Positions 7,751-17,057 of a DNA stretch of 64,000 bases are shown in pieces. The position numbers and the translations under genes are program-made. The stretch is taken from contig CBFIHW010000001.1 of assembly GCA_965662325.1 (NCBI GenBank), positions 6,204 through 70,203 of the forward strand, given 5' to 3'. This stretch comes from an uncultured Pirellulales bacterium. Its GTDB lineage: Bacteria > Planctomycetota > Planctomycetia > Pirellulales > UBA1268. Positions within the stretch are counted from its first letter, which is position 1. The number at the start of each line of letters is the position of its first letter. Under the pieces are notes generated by a model. It was not told the origin of the DNA, did no database searches, and saw only the letters and a program-made list of their open reading frames with translations.

Positions 7751-9529
7751 ATGAACTGGTTGCACATGCTTTCGCAACGAATGCGAGGCTATATATATTG
7801 CGGACTTATTTGTTGCATCGTTCTCGGTGTGATGGTGCTCGGGTGCGCTGGCCCTGCTATTCGTAGTCAAAGCCCAGAGCTTGAGGCTTTGGTGGCGGTC
7901 GAATCTGCAACACAACTTGTAGGCGACTATGCTTCGCCGTGGGGACTCCATAGCCAGCGAATCGAGCGAGCTGCACTTATTACCGGCTTGCCTGATACGG
8001 GCAGTGATCCGCCGCCTGACCCACGTCGGCAGATGCTCTTAGAGGACATGCAAGCAAGAGGAGTGGTCGATCCAAATCGCTTGCTTGCGTCTCGGTCAAC
8101 TGCGCTTGCTTGGGTAAGCGGAACACTCCATCCGGGTATTCGTAAGGGTGAAAGATTTGACGTGACTGTTGAAGTGCCTGGAAATCACGACACCACAAGT
8201 CTTGCTGGTGGTTGGCTTATGGAGGCACGGCTCGTTGAGATGGCGGTTCTAGGGAACCGTATTCGTGATGGTCATACACTCGGCGTGGCAGAGGGCCCAT
8301 TGCTCGTCGATCCGGTTTCTGCTGGGGGAGTGGATTCAATTGCAACTCTTCGTGGTCGAGTACCCGGTGGTGGTGTGTCGTTGACTTCACGGTCGATCGG
8401 TTTGTCGATTCATCCGGAACATCGGTCTGTCAGTCTGTCGAAACGGATTGGCGATTGTATAAATGAAAGATTTCACGCAATTATTCGAGGCGTGAAGCGT
8501 GGTGTTGCAACTCCGAAAACAGACCGCTTTATTGAACTTGAGGTTCCCGAAGTTTATAAGAATAATTTAGGGCGTTATGTCAGTGTTGTTCGGTCGTTGG
8601 CGGTTGCCGAGCCGAGTGGTAATCGTCATGCAAGGTTGGAACTTCTCTCAAGGCAACTTGAAGATCCTGTTACTGCACCACGAGCTGCGGTACGACTTGA
8701 AGCCATTGGGAAAGAAGCAATCGGCACGCTTCGTAAGGGGCTCAAATCAACAGATGCGGAGGTGCGTTTTGTCTCAGCTGAAGCGCTTGCATATCTCGGG
8801 GAGTCACTTGCGGCCGAAAAACTTGCGGAGGCATCTCGTGAACTGAGAAGTGCTCGACCGAAAGCATTAGCGGCACTTGCAATCTTGGATGATGCGAATG
8901 GTATCGATGCACTTCGTTCCCTTCTGGATAGTCGCAGTGCAGAAACCCGTTATGGTGCGTTCCGTGGACTTTCTATGATTGATCCCAGCTTGCCTGATAT
9001 TCGGGGGGACATGTTGGGTGAAGCATGTCGGCTTCATGTTATTGATGTGTCAGGGGAGCCTCTGATTCACGCTACAAGAGCGGCACGGGCAGAGGTGGTG
9101 CTCTTTGGAGATTCACATCCTGTGAGTAACGGGCTTCGAGTTGAAGCAGGGCCATCAATTGTAGTTGTGGTGGAAGAAAATTGTGCAGTCGTAAGCTGCT
9201 TTAGGCCAGATGAACCGGACCTGATAAAGGAAGTGGACTCGCAGGTAGAAGATATCCTTCATGCGATTGTGGAATGTGGAGGAGGATATCCAGATGTTAT
9301 CCAGTTTTTGCAACAGGCAACAGCAAAACGAAGTGTGCAAAGTCGGCTTGCGTTTGATGCGATCCCTACAGAGTTTGACGGGCGGCTCAGCGTTCCGCGA
9401 GAAGTCGTAAATAGGAAACAAGATGTAAAGGAAGAGGATGATCAAAGTAAGGGTGACGATAACAGAGGCGATTCAGAAAGTTACTGGCCTTCTCTGTTTG
9501 ACACAGCCCTGCTGGAAGCCGGCGCATGA
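7751..9529 (+). CDS. Lipoprotein with an N-terminal FlgI (flagellar P-ring)-like domain fused to C-terminal HEAT/PBS-lyase-like repeats
   Basis: It is colinear with FlgI: ALITGLPDTGSD ~ GLVVGLDGTGD, STALAWVSGTLHPGIRKGERFDVTVEVPGNHDTTSLAGGWLMEARL ~ NVAAVMVTA.LPPF...G..IDV.VSS.G.A.SL.GG.LL...L, and LSKRIGDCINERF ~ IAD.IN. The signal plus lipobox is MRGYIYCGLICCIVLGVMVLG|C. The repeats are AEVRFVSAEALAYLG and AETRYGAFRGL. The start is uncertain (ATG at 7751, 7766 or 7781; the track gives 7580). Confidence 0.6.
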   Translation: MNWLHMLSQRMRGYIYCGLICCIVLGVMVLGCAGPAIRSQSPELEALVAVESATQLVGDYASPWGLHSQRIERAALITGLPDTGSDPPPDPRRQMLLEDMQARGVVDPNRLLASRSTALAWVSGTLHPGIRKGERFDVTVEVPGNHDTTSLAGGWLMEARLVEMAVLGNRIRDGHTLGVAEGPLLVDPVSAGGVDSIATLRGRVPGGGVSLTSRSIGLSIHPEHRSVSLSKRIGDCINERFHAIIRGVKRGVATPKTDRFIELEVPEVYKNNLGRYVSVVRSLAVAEPSGNRHARLELLSRQLEDPVTAPRAAVRLEAIGKEAIGTLRKGLKSTDAEVRFVSAEALAYLGESLAAEKLAEASRELRSARPKALAALAILDDANGIDALRSLLDSRSAETRYGAFRGLSMIDPSLPDIRGDMLGEACRLHVIDVSGEPLIHATRAARAEVVLFGDSHPVSNGLRVEAGPSIVVVVEENCAVVSCFRPDEPDLIKEVDSQVEDILHAIVECGGGYPDVIQFLQQATAKRSVQSRLAFDAIPTEFDGRLSVPREVVNRKQDVKEEDDQSKGDDNRGDSESYWPSLFDTALLEAGA

Positions 9530-12500
9530 TAACACTGAAGGCCCTGGAGCTTTTCGGATTCAAGAGTTTTGCTGACCGGACGCGATTTGAGTTTCCGGAA
9601 GGCATTACCGTTGTTGTTGGTCCAAATGGCTCCGGAAAATCAAATGTAGTAGATGCAATCAAGTGGGTGCTTGGTGAGCAATCTGTTCGTAATCTCAGGG
9701 GCAAAGCGTCTACGGATGTCATCTTTGCTGGTTCAGCAGCAAGAAAGGCACTCAATGCTGCTGAAGTTTCCCTTATCTTCGACAATACTACTCGCCAACT
9801 TCCCGTCGAATCGGATGAAGTCCGAATTATGCGACGGGTTTATAGGAGTGGAGAAAGCGAATACCTTGTCAATGATGGTATCAGCAGACTCCGAGATATT
9901 CGTGAAATTCTCAGCGGTACAGGTGCAGCGACAGACTCATATAGTGTTATTGAGCAAGGTCGAGTAGATGCCTTGCTGGTTGCTTCTGGTAAGGAGCGGC
10001 GAGCCGTTTTTGAAGAGGCTGCTGGGATTACAAAATTTCGATCACGTCGGGCCGAAGCTATTCGTCGTCTCGATCGAACAGAGCAAAATCGCCAGCGTTT
10101 AGCAGATATTGTAGGTGAGGTCGCATCTCGATTAGATACGGTCAAAAAACAGGCTAGCCGGGCTCGTCGATGGAAGCGGATGACAGAAAGGTTGCAGGCC
10201 CTACGTTTTGCCGCAGCATCCGCTGACCTTGTTGGTGTGAATGCTTTGCTCGACGAGGTGTCGCTGTCAATCGCAGAGTCACAAAGACGTTCTGAAGAGG
10301 CTCAAGCTGAGAAAGTAGCTGCCGGAATAGAAATTAAGCGTCTCGACGAACAGCAGAAAGAGATCGATCCGAAGCTCACGACGGTTCAAGAAGAGTTAGC
10401 GGCTGATCGTGAAAATGTTGTTGCAATGGAGGCAAGACGTGAGGCCTTGCGAGTGCGATGCATTGAGGTAGAGGAAGAACTCGCTTCGGCAGTCAGCTAT
10501 GTTCGTGCGACTGAGGCCCAGCTCCAGGTGACGCATCAGGCAATCGCTGCCATTCAGGAGGATTACAGTTCGGCGTCGGCCGATTTGCGTCACGTTGAGG
10601 GCGAGTTGCGTCAACAAGAGAAGGCAATTGTAGGTTCGCGTGAAGACGCTCAAACAGCTCAAAGGCGACTGTCGGAATTGCGGAATGCCAAAGAGCGGCA
10701 GTCTCTTGATTATCAGAAATTCGAGGCCGTTGTCGTTCAGCGGAAAGCGGAAGCGAAAGCGGCTTTGGATGCGGTGGAGCGAAATCAGAACGAATTGGAT
10801 AAGTCATGGGCCTTGGTACATCGCCTGGAAGAAAGTTCTGCATCACTCGAAGGCACGGTCGATGTTCTCGGCCAGCGCCGTGTGGATTTGCAGGCTCGGC
10901 ACGATCAGCTTGATGTTGAACAGCAAAGTGCTACGCAGAAAGTCGAACAGGCTTGGCAGAACCTCGCTGAGACACAGGGCCGACTTGAGTCACTTCGTGA
11001 TCGTCAGAAATTACTTGAAGATTTAATTACGTCTCATGAAGGTGTCTCTGAGGCCACTCGCCAGGTGCTCGATCGTTTTGCCGACGACATACCAGGCTTG
11101 TATGGCCTGCCGGCTGATCTCATCGTCGTCAACAGTCAATGGGCTGGCCTTGTTGACATAGCGGTTGGAGTGCTTGGTCAGAGGCTTGTTGTGGAGCGCC
11201 TCTCAGATATGCTTGACTGGTATGAACGCTGGCAGAATTCTTCATCTGCCCTTGGGCTGGCCTCGACAAGTGGCCGTGTCGGTTTTCTCGCGGTTGATAA
11301 GTTGCCTGACCCTCCCTCGTTGAACCTATTAGAAATTTTTGGTGAGGGTGAGACTGGTGTCGTTGGCAGGCTTGATAATCTTGTTTCAGATGAGTTCGAA
11401 GAAAAAAGTACGGGTGAGCAGCACGCTGCACCTGATTCAATTTATGAATATGGGCCAGAGCCGCTTCGCAAGAAGGCAGCACCGCAGAACGACGGGACTG
11501 ATATAAGCGATCTATTGAAGAAACGGCTGCTTGGTCGGATCTGGATTGTTGAATCGATCACCGTGGTACGGCGGGTCATCGAACGTATGCCCCCCGGATT
11601 GGTTTTCCTCGATCGAGCAGGTAGTTGGCTGTCGAGTGACGGCGGATTTGAGGCAGGAGCGAGCGGAGCCGGCGCAGGGCTTGTTTCTCGTCACAGCGAG
11701 TTGCGTGCTGTGAAAACAGATCAAAAGACAGTTCTGGTATCTGTGCGCGATGCCAAGAATGAATTACAGACTTGCCAAAAGAAGCTCGAATGTTTGCGGG
11801 AAGAACAGAAACATCTTGTTGCCAAACAGCATGAATTAGCAGAGTCGATAGCGTCTAGCAGGAGCGAGCAGCAGCGGTTTAAGCGAGAAATGATTGTGGT
11901 TCGTAGTCAGGTTGATGAACAGCAGCAGGCGTTACATAAAGCAGAGGCTCAAGCCGTGGCGGCAGCTGATGCTGTTCGTTCTGCTACGATTGAGAGTGGG
12001 AACATTACGGCCGAGATTACCAGAACCGAAAAGACGCTTGAAGAGGTTGAGTCGAATCTCGAGTCACTCGGCCAGTCGCACGAGCAGGTGCTTGAACGTA
12101 TAGAAGGGTTTCGCGACCAGTTGTCTATTTGTAGAGAGCGTGTAGCTGGGCTTGAGGCAACTATCATCGCAAAGCAGGCTGATAAAGCTCGGCAGGAAGC
12201 AGAGTCGGCTGCGGCAGTGGTAAAAGAGAATGCCATTAAGGAAAGGGCGTCTCGTATTGACCTCGACTTGCTTGCCGCTGGTGATAAGTATGCAGAAGCG
12301 TGCTTGTTGGCAGAGCGATCAGCTCGACGGGTCTCAACGCTAGTCAACAAGCGAATGGCGATTCGTCTTGCCGAAAAGAAAGCCACAAATGTTCTTGATG
12401 CTGCTCGGGAAACTCTTCAGCAATGTAGCTCAATTAGCCATGCTGCTGACCTAAAAAAAGAAACGGCTATGCATCAGCGAACGCGTGTCTTGGAACGATT

Positions 12501-13269
12501 GCACGATGATTATGGGATCGACCCCGCGGCTGACTTGCCACGTCCAGCAGAGGCAGACTCCGAGGGAAATGCAATTGAAATTCCTGAAGACCGTGAAGAA
12601 TTGGATGCCTCGATAGAAGAAATAAGAAGGAAACTAAGCGGTGTGGGGTCGGTGAACCTTGAGGCGTTGGCGGAATCAGAAGCCCTCGCGGAACGATTGG
12701 CTGGCCTTGAGTCTCAGCTTGTTGATGTCACGGATGCAAAACATTCTGTTGAAAAATTAATTGATCGTATTGATGAGGAGAGCCGTCGTCTGCTCGGAGA
12801 GACAATCGAAAAAGTGAGGACCGAATTTTCGGTTCTTTTTGAGCGGTTGTTTGGAGGGGGGCAGGCAGATATTATTCTCGATCCAGAGATGGATCTCCTT
12901 GAAACCACAGTTGAAATCATGGCACGACCGCCTGGAAAGGAGCCACGTAATATTTCATTATTATCTGGTGGCGAGAAGACAATGACCTGCGTTGCCCTCT
13001 TGCTCGCAATATTCCAATCTCGGCCCAGCCCCTTCTGCGTACTCGATGAGGTGGACGCTGCGCTCGATGAGGCGAACGTCGACCGGTTTGTTGGGGTGCT
13101 AAGAGATTTTCTGTCATCGACCCAGTTTATCGTGGTTACGCATTCGAAAAAGACAATGGCAACCGCTACTACGTTATACGGTGTCACCATGGAGGAATCT
13201 GGTGTTTCGAAGCGGGTGGCCGTTCAATTCGAGTCAAATTCATCTTCTGTACGGCCAAAAGCGGCCTGA
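9526..13269 (+). CDS. smc: Chromosome partition protein SMC
   Basis: The protein is 1247 aa. It has Walker A GPNGSGKSNVVDA, long coiled coils with a central hinge, the signature LSGGEKTMTCVALLLAIF and Walker B FCVLDEVDAALD. Its ATG overlaps the upstream stop (ATGA). Confidence 0.95.
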   Translation: MITLKALELFGFKSFADRTRFEFPEGITVVVGPNGSGKSNVVDAIKWVLGEQSVRNLRGKASTDVIFAGSAARKALNAAEVSLIFDNTTRQLPVESDEVRIMRRVYRSGESEYLVNDGISRLRDIREILSGTGAATDSYSVIEQGRVDALLVASGKERRAVFEEAAGITKFRSRRAEAIRRLDRTEQNRQRLADIVGEVASRLDTVKKQASRARRWKRMTERLQALRFAAASADLVGVNALLDEVSLSIAESQRRSEEAQAEKVAAGIEIKRLDEQQKEIDPKLTTVQEELAADRENVVAMEARREALRVRCIEVEEELASAVSYVRATEAQLQVTHQAIAAIQEDYSSASADLRHVEGELRQQEKAIVGSREDAQTAQRRLSELRNAKERQSLDYQKFEAVVVQRKAEAKAALDAVERNQNELDKSWALVHRLEESSASLEGTVDVLGQRRVDLQARHDQLDVEQQSATQKVEQAWQNLAETQGRLESLRDRQKLLEDLITSHEGVSEATRQVLDRFADDIPGLYGLPADLIVVNSQWAGLVDIAVGVLGQRLVVERLSDMLDWYERWQNSSSALGLASTSGRVGFLAVDKLPDPPSLNLLEIFGEGETGVVGRLDNLVSDEFEEKSTGEQHAAPDSIYEYGPEPLRKKAAPQNDGTDISDLLKKRLLGRIWIVESITVVRRVIERMPPGLVFLDRAGSWLSSDGGFEAGASGAGAGLVSRHSELRAVKTDQKTVLVSVRDAKNELQTCQKKLECLREEQKHLVAKQHELAESIASSRSEQQRFKREMIVVRSQVDEQQQALHKAEAQAVAAADAVRSATIESGNITAEITRTEKTLEEVESNLESLGQSHEQVLERIEGFRDQLSICRERVAGLEATIIAKQADKARQEAESAAAVVKENAIKERASRIDLDLLAAGDKYAEACLLAERSARRVSTLVNKRMAIRLAEKKATNVLDAARETLQQCSSISHAADLKKETAMHQRTRVLERLHDDYGIDPAADLPRPAEADSEGNAIEIPEDREELDASIEEIRRKLSGVGSVNLEALAESEALAERLAGLESQLVDVTDAKHSVEKLIDRIDEESRRLLGETIEKVRTEFSVLFERLFGGGQADIILDPEMDLLETTVEIMARPPGKEPRNISLLSGGEKTMTCVALLLAIFQSRPSPFCVLDEVDAALDEANVDRFVGVLRDFLSSTQFIVVTHSKKTMATATTLYGVTMEESGVSKRVAVQFESNSSSVRPKAA

Positions 13270-13630
13270 CTGGCAGCGTTACCAAAATCTTCCGGAAGAA
13301 CGGCTCAAGTCTCACGACATGATCTTTCGATCTAACCTCTTGGACGGTCATGTTTGCTGAAACTGATTCACTGTGAAGCAGATTTCTCAGACATGAAGCA
13401 GGGGGGCCTGCAAGTCATGGTATTCATCGAGCTGAAGATGAAAGTCTTCGGTTTGTGAGGCGGAATGCTGCGGCTTGACTTCTCTTTGTTTTCACCGCCC
13501 CTGTCGGAAAGTGGCGACGCGGCCAAACCGATAGATGTGCCGCGTCAGGGGGGCCGTGTCTCAGTACTCTTTCCGAGTAATGGGCTGGCCAAGAATGAGT
13601 TCGGACACGAAGACAAAATGGAGTCTAGTA

Positions 13631-14203
13631 ATGAAGGTGTTTACGACAGGCCAGGTCGCGAAGATCTGTAAAGTTGCTCCTCGAACCGTGAGTAAATGGT
13701 TCGACTCGGGCAGGCTTAAAGGATATCGCATTCCAGGATCGCAAGATCGCCGCATTCCACGCGAATATCTTATTAAATTCCTGAAAGAGCACGGAATGCC
13801 ATTGGGCGACTTGGAAGACGAGGCTATGGCCAAAGTCTTGCTTGTCGGGCAAGATCAGCTGCTCATTGAAAATCTCAAGAGGCACTTGCCAGCAGAAAAT
13901 TCATTCAAGATACAGGTTGCCGCAAGTGGATTTGAAGCAGGTATACAGGCCGAGAGTTTTCATCCAGACTGCATAGTCGTCGATTATGCAATCGGTCGAA
14001 TTGATGCTCAGCAAATTTGTCAAAATCTCCGCCGGAATGCTGAGTATTCTGAAACAATTGTTATTGCGTTGCTGCCTGATGATGGGTCGCAGATAACAGT
14101 TGACAGAAATCACGTGAATGAGAGTTTCAAGAAGCCATTTGATGTGGCTTTACTTGCTGAGAGACTCAAAACACTTATCGGTTCACGAAAAGAATTGGTA
14201 TAA
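13631..14203 (+). CDS. DNA-binding protein with an N-terminal excisionase/MerR-type HTH and a C-terminal receiver-like domain
   Basis: MKVFTTGQVAKICKVAPRTVSKWFDSGRLKGYRIPGSQDRRIPREYL is an HTH_17-like motif. The following receiver-like fold is KVLLVGQD...CIVVDYAIG...IVIALL...FKKPF. The ATG at 13631 has GGAG 10 nt upstream. The track ORF starts earlier, at 13535. Confidence 0.65.
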   Translation: MKVFTTGQVAKICKVAPRTVSKWFDSGRLKGYRIPGSQDRRIPREYLIKFLKEHGMPLGDLEDEAMAKVLLVGQDQLLIENLKRHLPAENSFKIQVAASGFEAGIQAESFHPDCIVVDYAIGRIDAQQICQNLRRNAEYSETIVIALLPDDGSQITVDRNHVNESFKKPFDVALLAERLKTLIGSRKELV

Positions 14204-14297
14204 AAAGTTCTAAGATGACTCCATGCAGGGGGTCGGTAGTCTGAAGAGGCTGCCGACCCCCGTGTGTTTATGGCATCAAATAGGTACGCTTCAGTTG

Positions 14298-14816
14298 ATG
14301 AATAATCACATGCAACCCGTTAAGATGATTGATGTTGGCCACAAAACAGTAACGGTCCGGACAGCAGAAGCTTCGGGTGCTCTTTTGTTGCAACCGAAGA
14401 CGCTTGAACACATTCTGGCTGGCGATCTTGCTAAAGGAGATGCCATCAACACGGCACGTGTTGCTGGAATTATGGCTGCGAAGCGTACAGCCGAATTTGT
14501 ACCACTCTGCCATCCTTTGCCGCTTGACGCCGTTGACGTTGACATAGGCTTTGAAAAAGGTGGTAACGGCCTTCGGACGGCTGTAAGAGTCGCTGTGAAG
14601 GTCATTACAAGAGCAAAAACAGGCGTCGAGATGGAAGCGTTGACGGCTGTCACGGCTGCTCTTATGACCTTGTACGATATGGCAAAATCGATTGATCGAG
14701 ATATGGTGATTAGCGATATCCTGATCGATACAAAAACAGGTGGGAGTCGAGGGGATTATGTGAGGTCCGATGGAGCAGATGCGCCGTCGGAACGAGTAGA
14801 CGTTGCCGGCCGTTGA
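14298..14816 (+). CDS. moaC: Cyclic pyranopterin monophosphate synthase MoaC
   Basis: IDVGHK..T.R.A.A......TL..I....L.KGD...TARVAGIMAAKRT.E.VPLCHPLPL...GVEMEALTAV..A.LT.YDM.K matches the MoaC consensus. The start is uncertain (14298 or 14310). Confidence 0.9.
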   Translation: MNNHMQPVKMIDVGHKTVTVRTAEASGALLLQPKTLEHILAGDLAKGDAINTARVAGIMAAKRTAEFVPLCHPLPLDAVDVDIGFEKGGNGLRTAVRVAVKVITRAKTGVEMEALTAVTAALMTLYDMAKSIDRDMVISDILIDTKTGGSRGDYVRSDGADAPSERVDVAGR

Positions 14817-15277
14817 GATAGGTGGGATTCGGCAAGGATAGGTTCAAGCTCGTCTACAAAATCTCGCACGTCCTTAAATTCACGATAAACACTGGCGAAG
14901 CGTACGTATGCCACCTGGTCAAGAAGACGGAGAAGTTCCATGAGCCGAGCACCAAGAACACCACTGGGAAGCTCACTTTCGTAAGCCCCATAGAGTTCTG
15001 TTTCAAGTGTTGTGATCACCCCTTCAATATCATCTTCCGTGACAGGTCGTTTCCAGCATGCTTTAGCGAGACCTCTTTTTATTTTATCCCGGTCAAAGGG
15101 CTCCTTTTCACCGTCTTTTTTCACAACTGCAAGAAATTGCCTTTCGAATCGCTCGTATGTTGTGAATCGTTTCTTGCAACTGAGGCATTCTCGACGACGG
15201 CGTATGCTCGCACCATCATCACCAGCTCTCGAGTCTATGACTCGGTCATTGTCAGAACGACAGAATGGACAACGCAT
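14756..15277 (-). CDS. nrdR: Transcriptional repressor NrdR
   Basis: It has the zinc ribbon MRCPFCRSDNDRVIDSR...CLSCKKRFTTYE followed by an ATP-cone (VVKKDGEKEPFDRDKIKRGL). Confidence 0.9.
   Translation of the reverse strand: MRCPFCRSDNDRVIDSRAGDDGASIRRRRECLSCKKRFTTYERFERQFLAVVKKDGEKEPFDRDKIKRGLAKACWKRPVTEDDIEGVITTLETELYGAYESELPSGVLGARLMELLRLLDQVAYVRFASVYREFKDVRDFVDELEPILAESHLSQRPATSTRSDGASAPSDLT
14766..14791. terminator. Imperfect palindrome/hairpin lying inside the overlapping 3' ends of moaC and nrdR (possible bidirectional terminator)
   Basis: tccgatggagcagatgcgccgtcgga: the outer arms TCCGATGG / CCGTCGGA pair, with one G-T wobble. There is no U-tract, so terminator function is speculative. 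Confidence 0.25.
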
Positions 15278-15357
15278 TAAAAGTTCCTCGTAAGGCGAGG
15301 CTCATCAAAAAATAACTGGAAATAACTCGATAAGTATGGAATGAAAATATTTTATTT

Positions 15358-16935
15358 TTATTCGGAAACCGGATTGTGGTTTGGATTATCTTGTGGTTGC
15401 CTTGACAGTTTCCAGTCACGTCTCTGCCGTGAACTTGGGATATTCATCGCTTTTCGATATTTTGTCACTGTTCTTCGTGCGACAGTGATGCCCTGCTTTG
15501 CAAGTTCCTCAACCAGTTCATCGTCACTAAACGGCTTTTCTTTGGATTCGTTAAGAACGATCTCTTGAAGTTTCTTGCGAACTGCATCCCAGGCAACTTC
15601 ATCACCGTCGGCACTTAGCGTGCCGCCAACAAAGAATTTCCGTAGTGGGAAAAGTCCTCGTGGGGTCTGAAGCCATTTGTCGTCGACAGCGCGGCTCACT
15701 GTGGTGACATGCATGCCTATGCGATCAGCAATTTGTTGCATTTTCAAAGGCTCAATTGCTTCCGGACCCTCACTGAAAAAGTGAGTTTGGTGATCAACAA
15801 TAGCCTGTGCCGTTTTGAGAAGAGTGCCTCGCCTTTGCTCAATGGCCTCGATAAGCCATTGAGCAGAATTGATTTTCCGCTTGATATATTCCTTGGTCTG
15901 AGGGTCAGTATCGGAAGATTGTAGAATTCGCCTATACGTTGGGCTTATACGAAGGCTTGGCAGGTCAATGTCTTCAAGCCGAACTTTCCATGTGCCGTCG
16001 GTTTGCTGTTCGACAAAGACATCAGGTTTCACCGGCGGAACAAGGGGCATGCTGAAGACTGCGCCGGGCTTCGGATCAAGACTGTGCAGTATGTCACGAA
16101 GTTTTTCGATTTCTTCAATCGTAAGTCCCGTTTTGCGTTCGATTAGAGGGAGTCGGTTTGCGGCAAGATTTTCAAGGTGATCCTGAATGAGTTGTCGGAT
16201 GTGCCCAGCATAAGCCGCGTCATCTGGAACCTGCAGGAGGAGGCACTCTTTGAGATCACGGCCACCGACGCCTGGCGGGTCCATGCTTTGAACAATACGA
16301 AGACCTGATTCAAGAAGAGATTTCTGTTCGTTGAAAAAAGCTTCCTTATCTTTGATCAAAGGTTGTCCAGTTGAGTCTGTTGGTGGAGCATCCACGAGTT
16401 CGTCAAGAGGCATTGGAAGGTATCCATTTGCATCAAGATTAAAAATGACTTTATCGGTAGCTCGCTGGATTTCAGGCGAAGTTTCGTAATTAGCCAACTG
16501 GTCATGGAGGTGGTTGAAGAGGGTCTCGGGGCGATCTTCCATATTCGCAATCGTGTCAAAATACCGATCGGATGTCTCTTCACTTCGGCCCGCCGAAGGT
16601 CGTCGTCTTTCTTCGTCAGTGTCTGGATATTCGTTTGACCAATCGTATGACCGCTCAAAGTCGTCTTTGTTCGCATGCTCCTGGTCAACGACGAGAGGCT
16701 GTTCAGAAACTGTTGTTGGTGCTGACTCAACTGGAGCGTTACTATCTGAGGCATTACCATCGATCTCAGGCTCAACTAATTCAAGCGTTTCATTGTTTTG
16801 TATTTCCTGTTCGATTCGCTCTTCCAGGGCCAGTAGGGGGAGCTGAAGGATTTCCATGGACTGGATCATACGGGGCGCAAGCACCTGCTTTTGCGCCATC
16901 CGCATTTCCTGACCAAAAGACATCCGCATCGACAT
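15358..16935 (-). CDS. rpoN: RNA polymerase sigma-54 factor
   Basis: The N-terminal region I is Q.LAPRMIQSMEILQLPLLALEERIEQE. An acidic region II and a core-binding region follow. The C-terminal HTH and RpoN box read GITVARRTVTKYR. Confidence 0.95.
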   Translation of the reverse strand: MSMRMSFGQEMRMAQKQVLAPRMIQSMEILQLPLLALEERIEQEIQNNETLELVEPEIDGNASDSNAPVESAPTTVSEQPLVVDQEHANKDDFERSYDWSNEYPDTDEERRRPSAGRSEETSDRYFDTIANMEDRPETLFNHLHDQLANYETSPEIQRATDKVIFNLDANGYLPMPLDELVDAPPTDSTGQPLIKDKEAFFNEQKSLLESGLRIVQSMDPPGVGGRDLKECLLLQVPDDAAYAGHIRQLIQDHLENLAANRLPLIERKTGLTIEEIEKLRDILHSLDPKPGAVFSMPLVPPVKPDVFVEQQTDGTWKVRLEDIDLPSLRISPTYRRILQSSDTDPQTKEYIKRKINSAQWLIEAIEQRRGTLLKTAQAIVDHQTHFFSEGPEAIEPLKMQQIADRIGMHVTTVSRAVDDKWLQTPRGLFPLRKFFVGGTLSADGDEVAWDAVRKKLQEIVLNESKEKPFSDDELVEELAKQGITVARRTVTKYRKAMNIPSSRQRRDWKLSRQPQDNPNHNPVSE

Positions 16936-17057
16936 CGATATTACCGTTTGCTAGTGATATTAATGGACATAAACGCGCCGAACGTGTCGACAACGAAGAC
17001 TCTTAAAGCATACCATTCCTGATGTATTTCAGAATTAATCAATTGTTATCAGAACGC

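Noticed and set aside
12714-13190. Long antisense ORFs inside well-supported genes. Examples: 12714-13190 in smc, 21243-21728 in mutS, 40651-41112 in the YhaN-like gene, 55338-55850 in giant ORF B, 37026-37559 opposite the AI-2E gene, and 3800-4222 opposite the SDR gene.
   Set aside because: They lie wholly within, or largely overlap, genes with strong motif support. Their translations are low-complexity (Ser/Arg/Ala-rich) and carry no motif. They are typical shadow ORFs.
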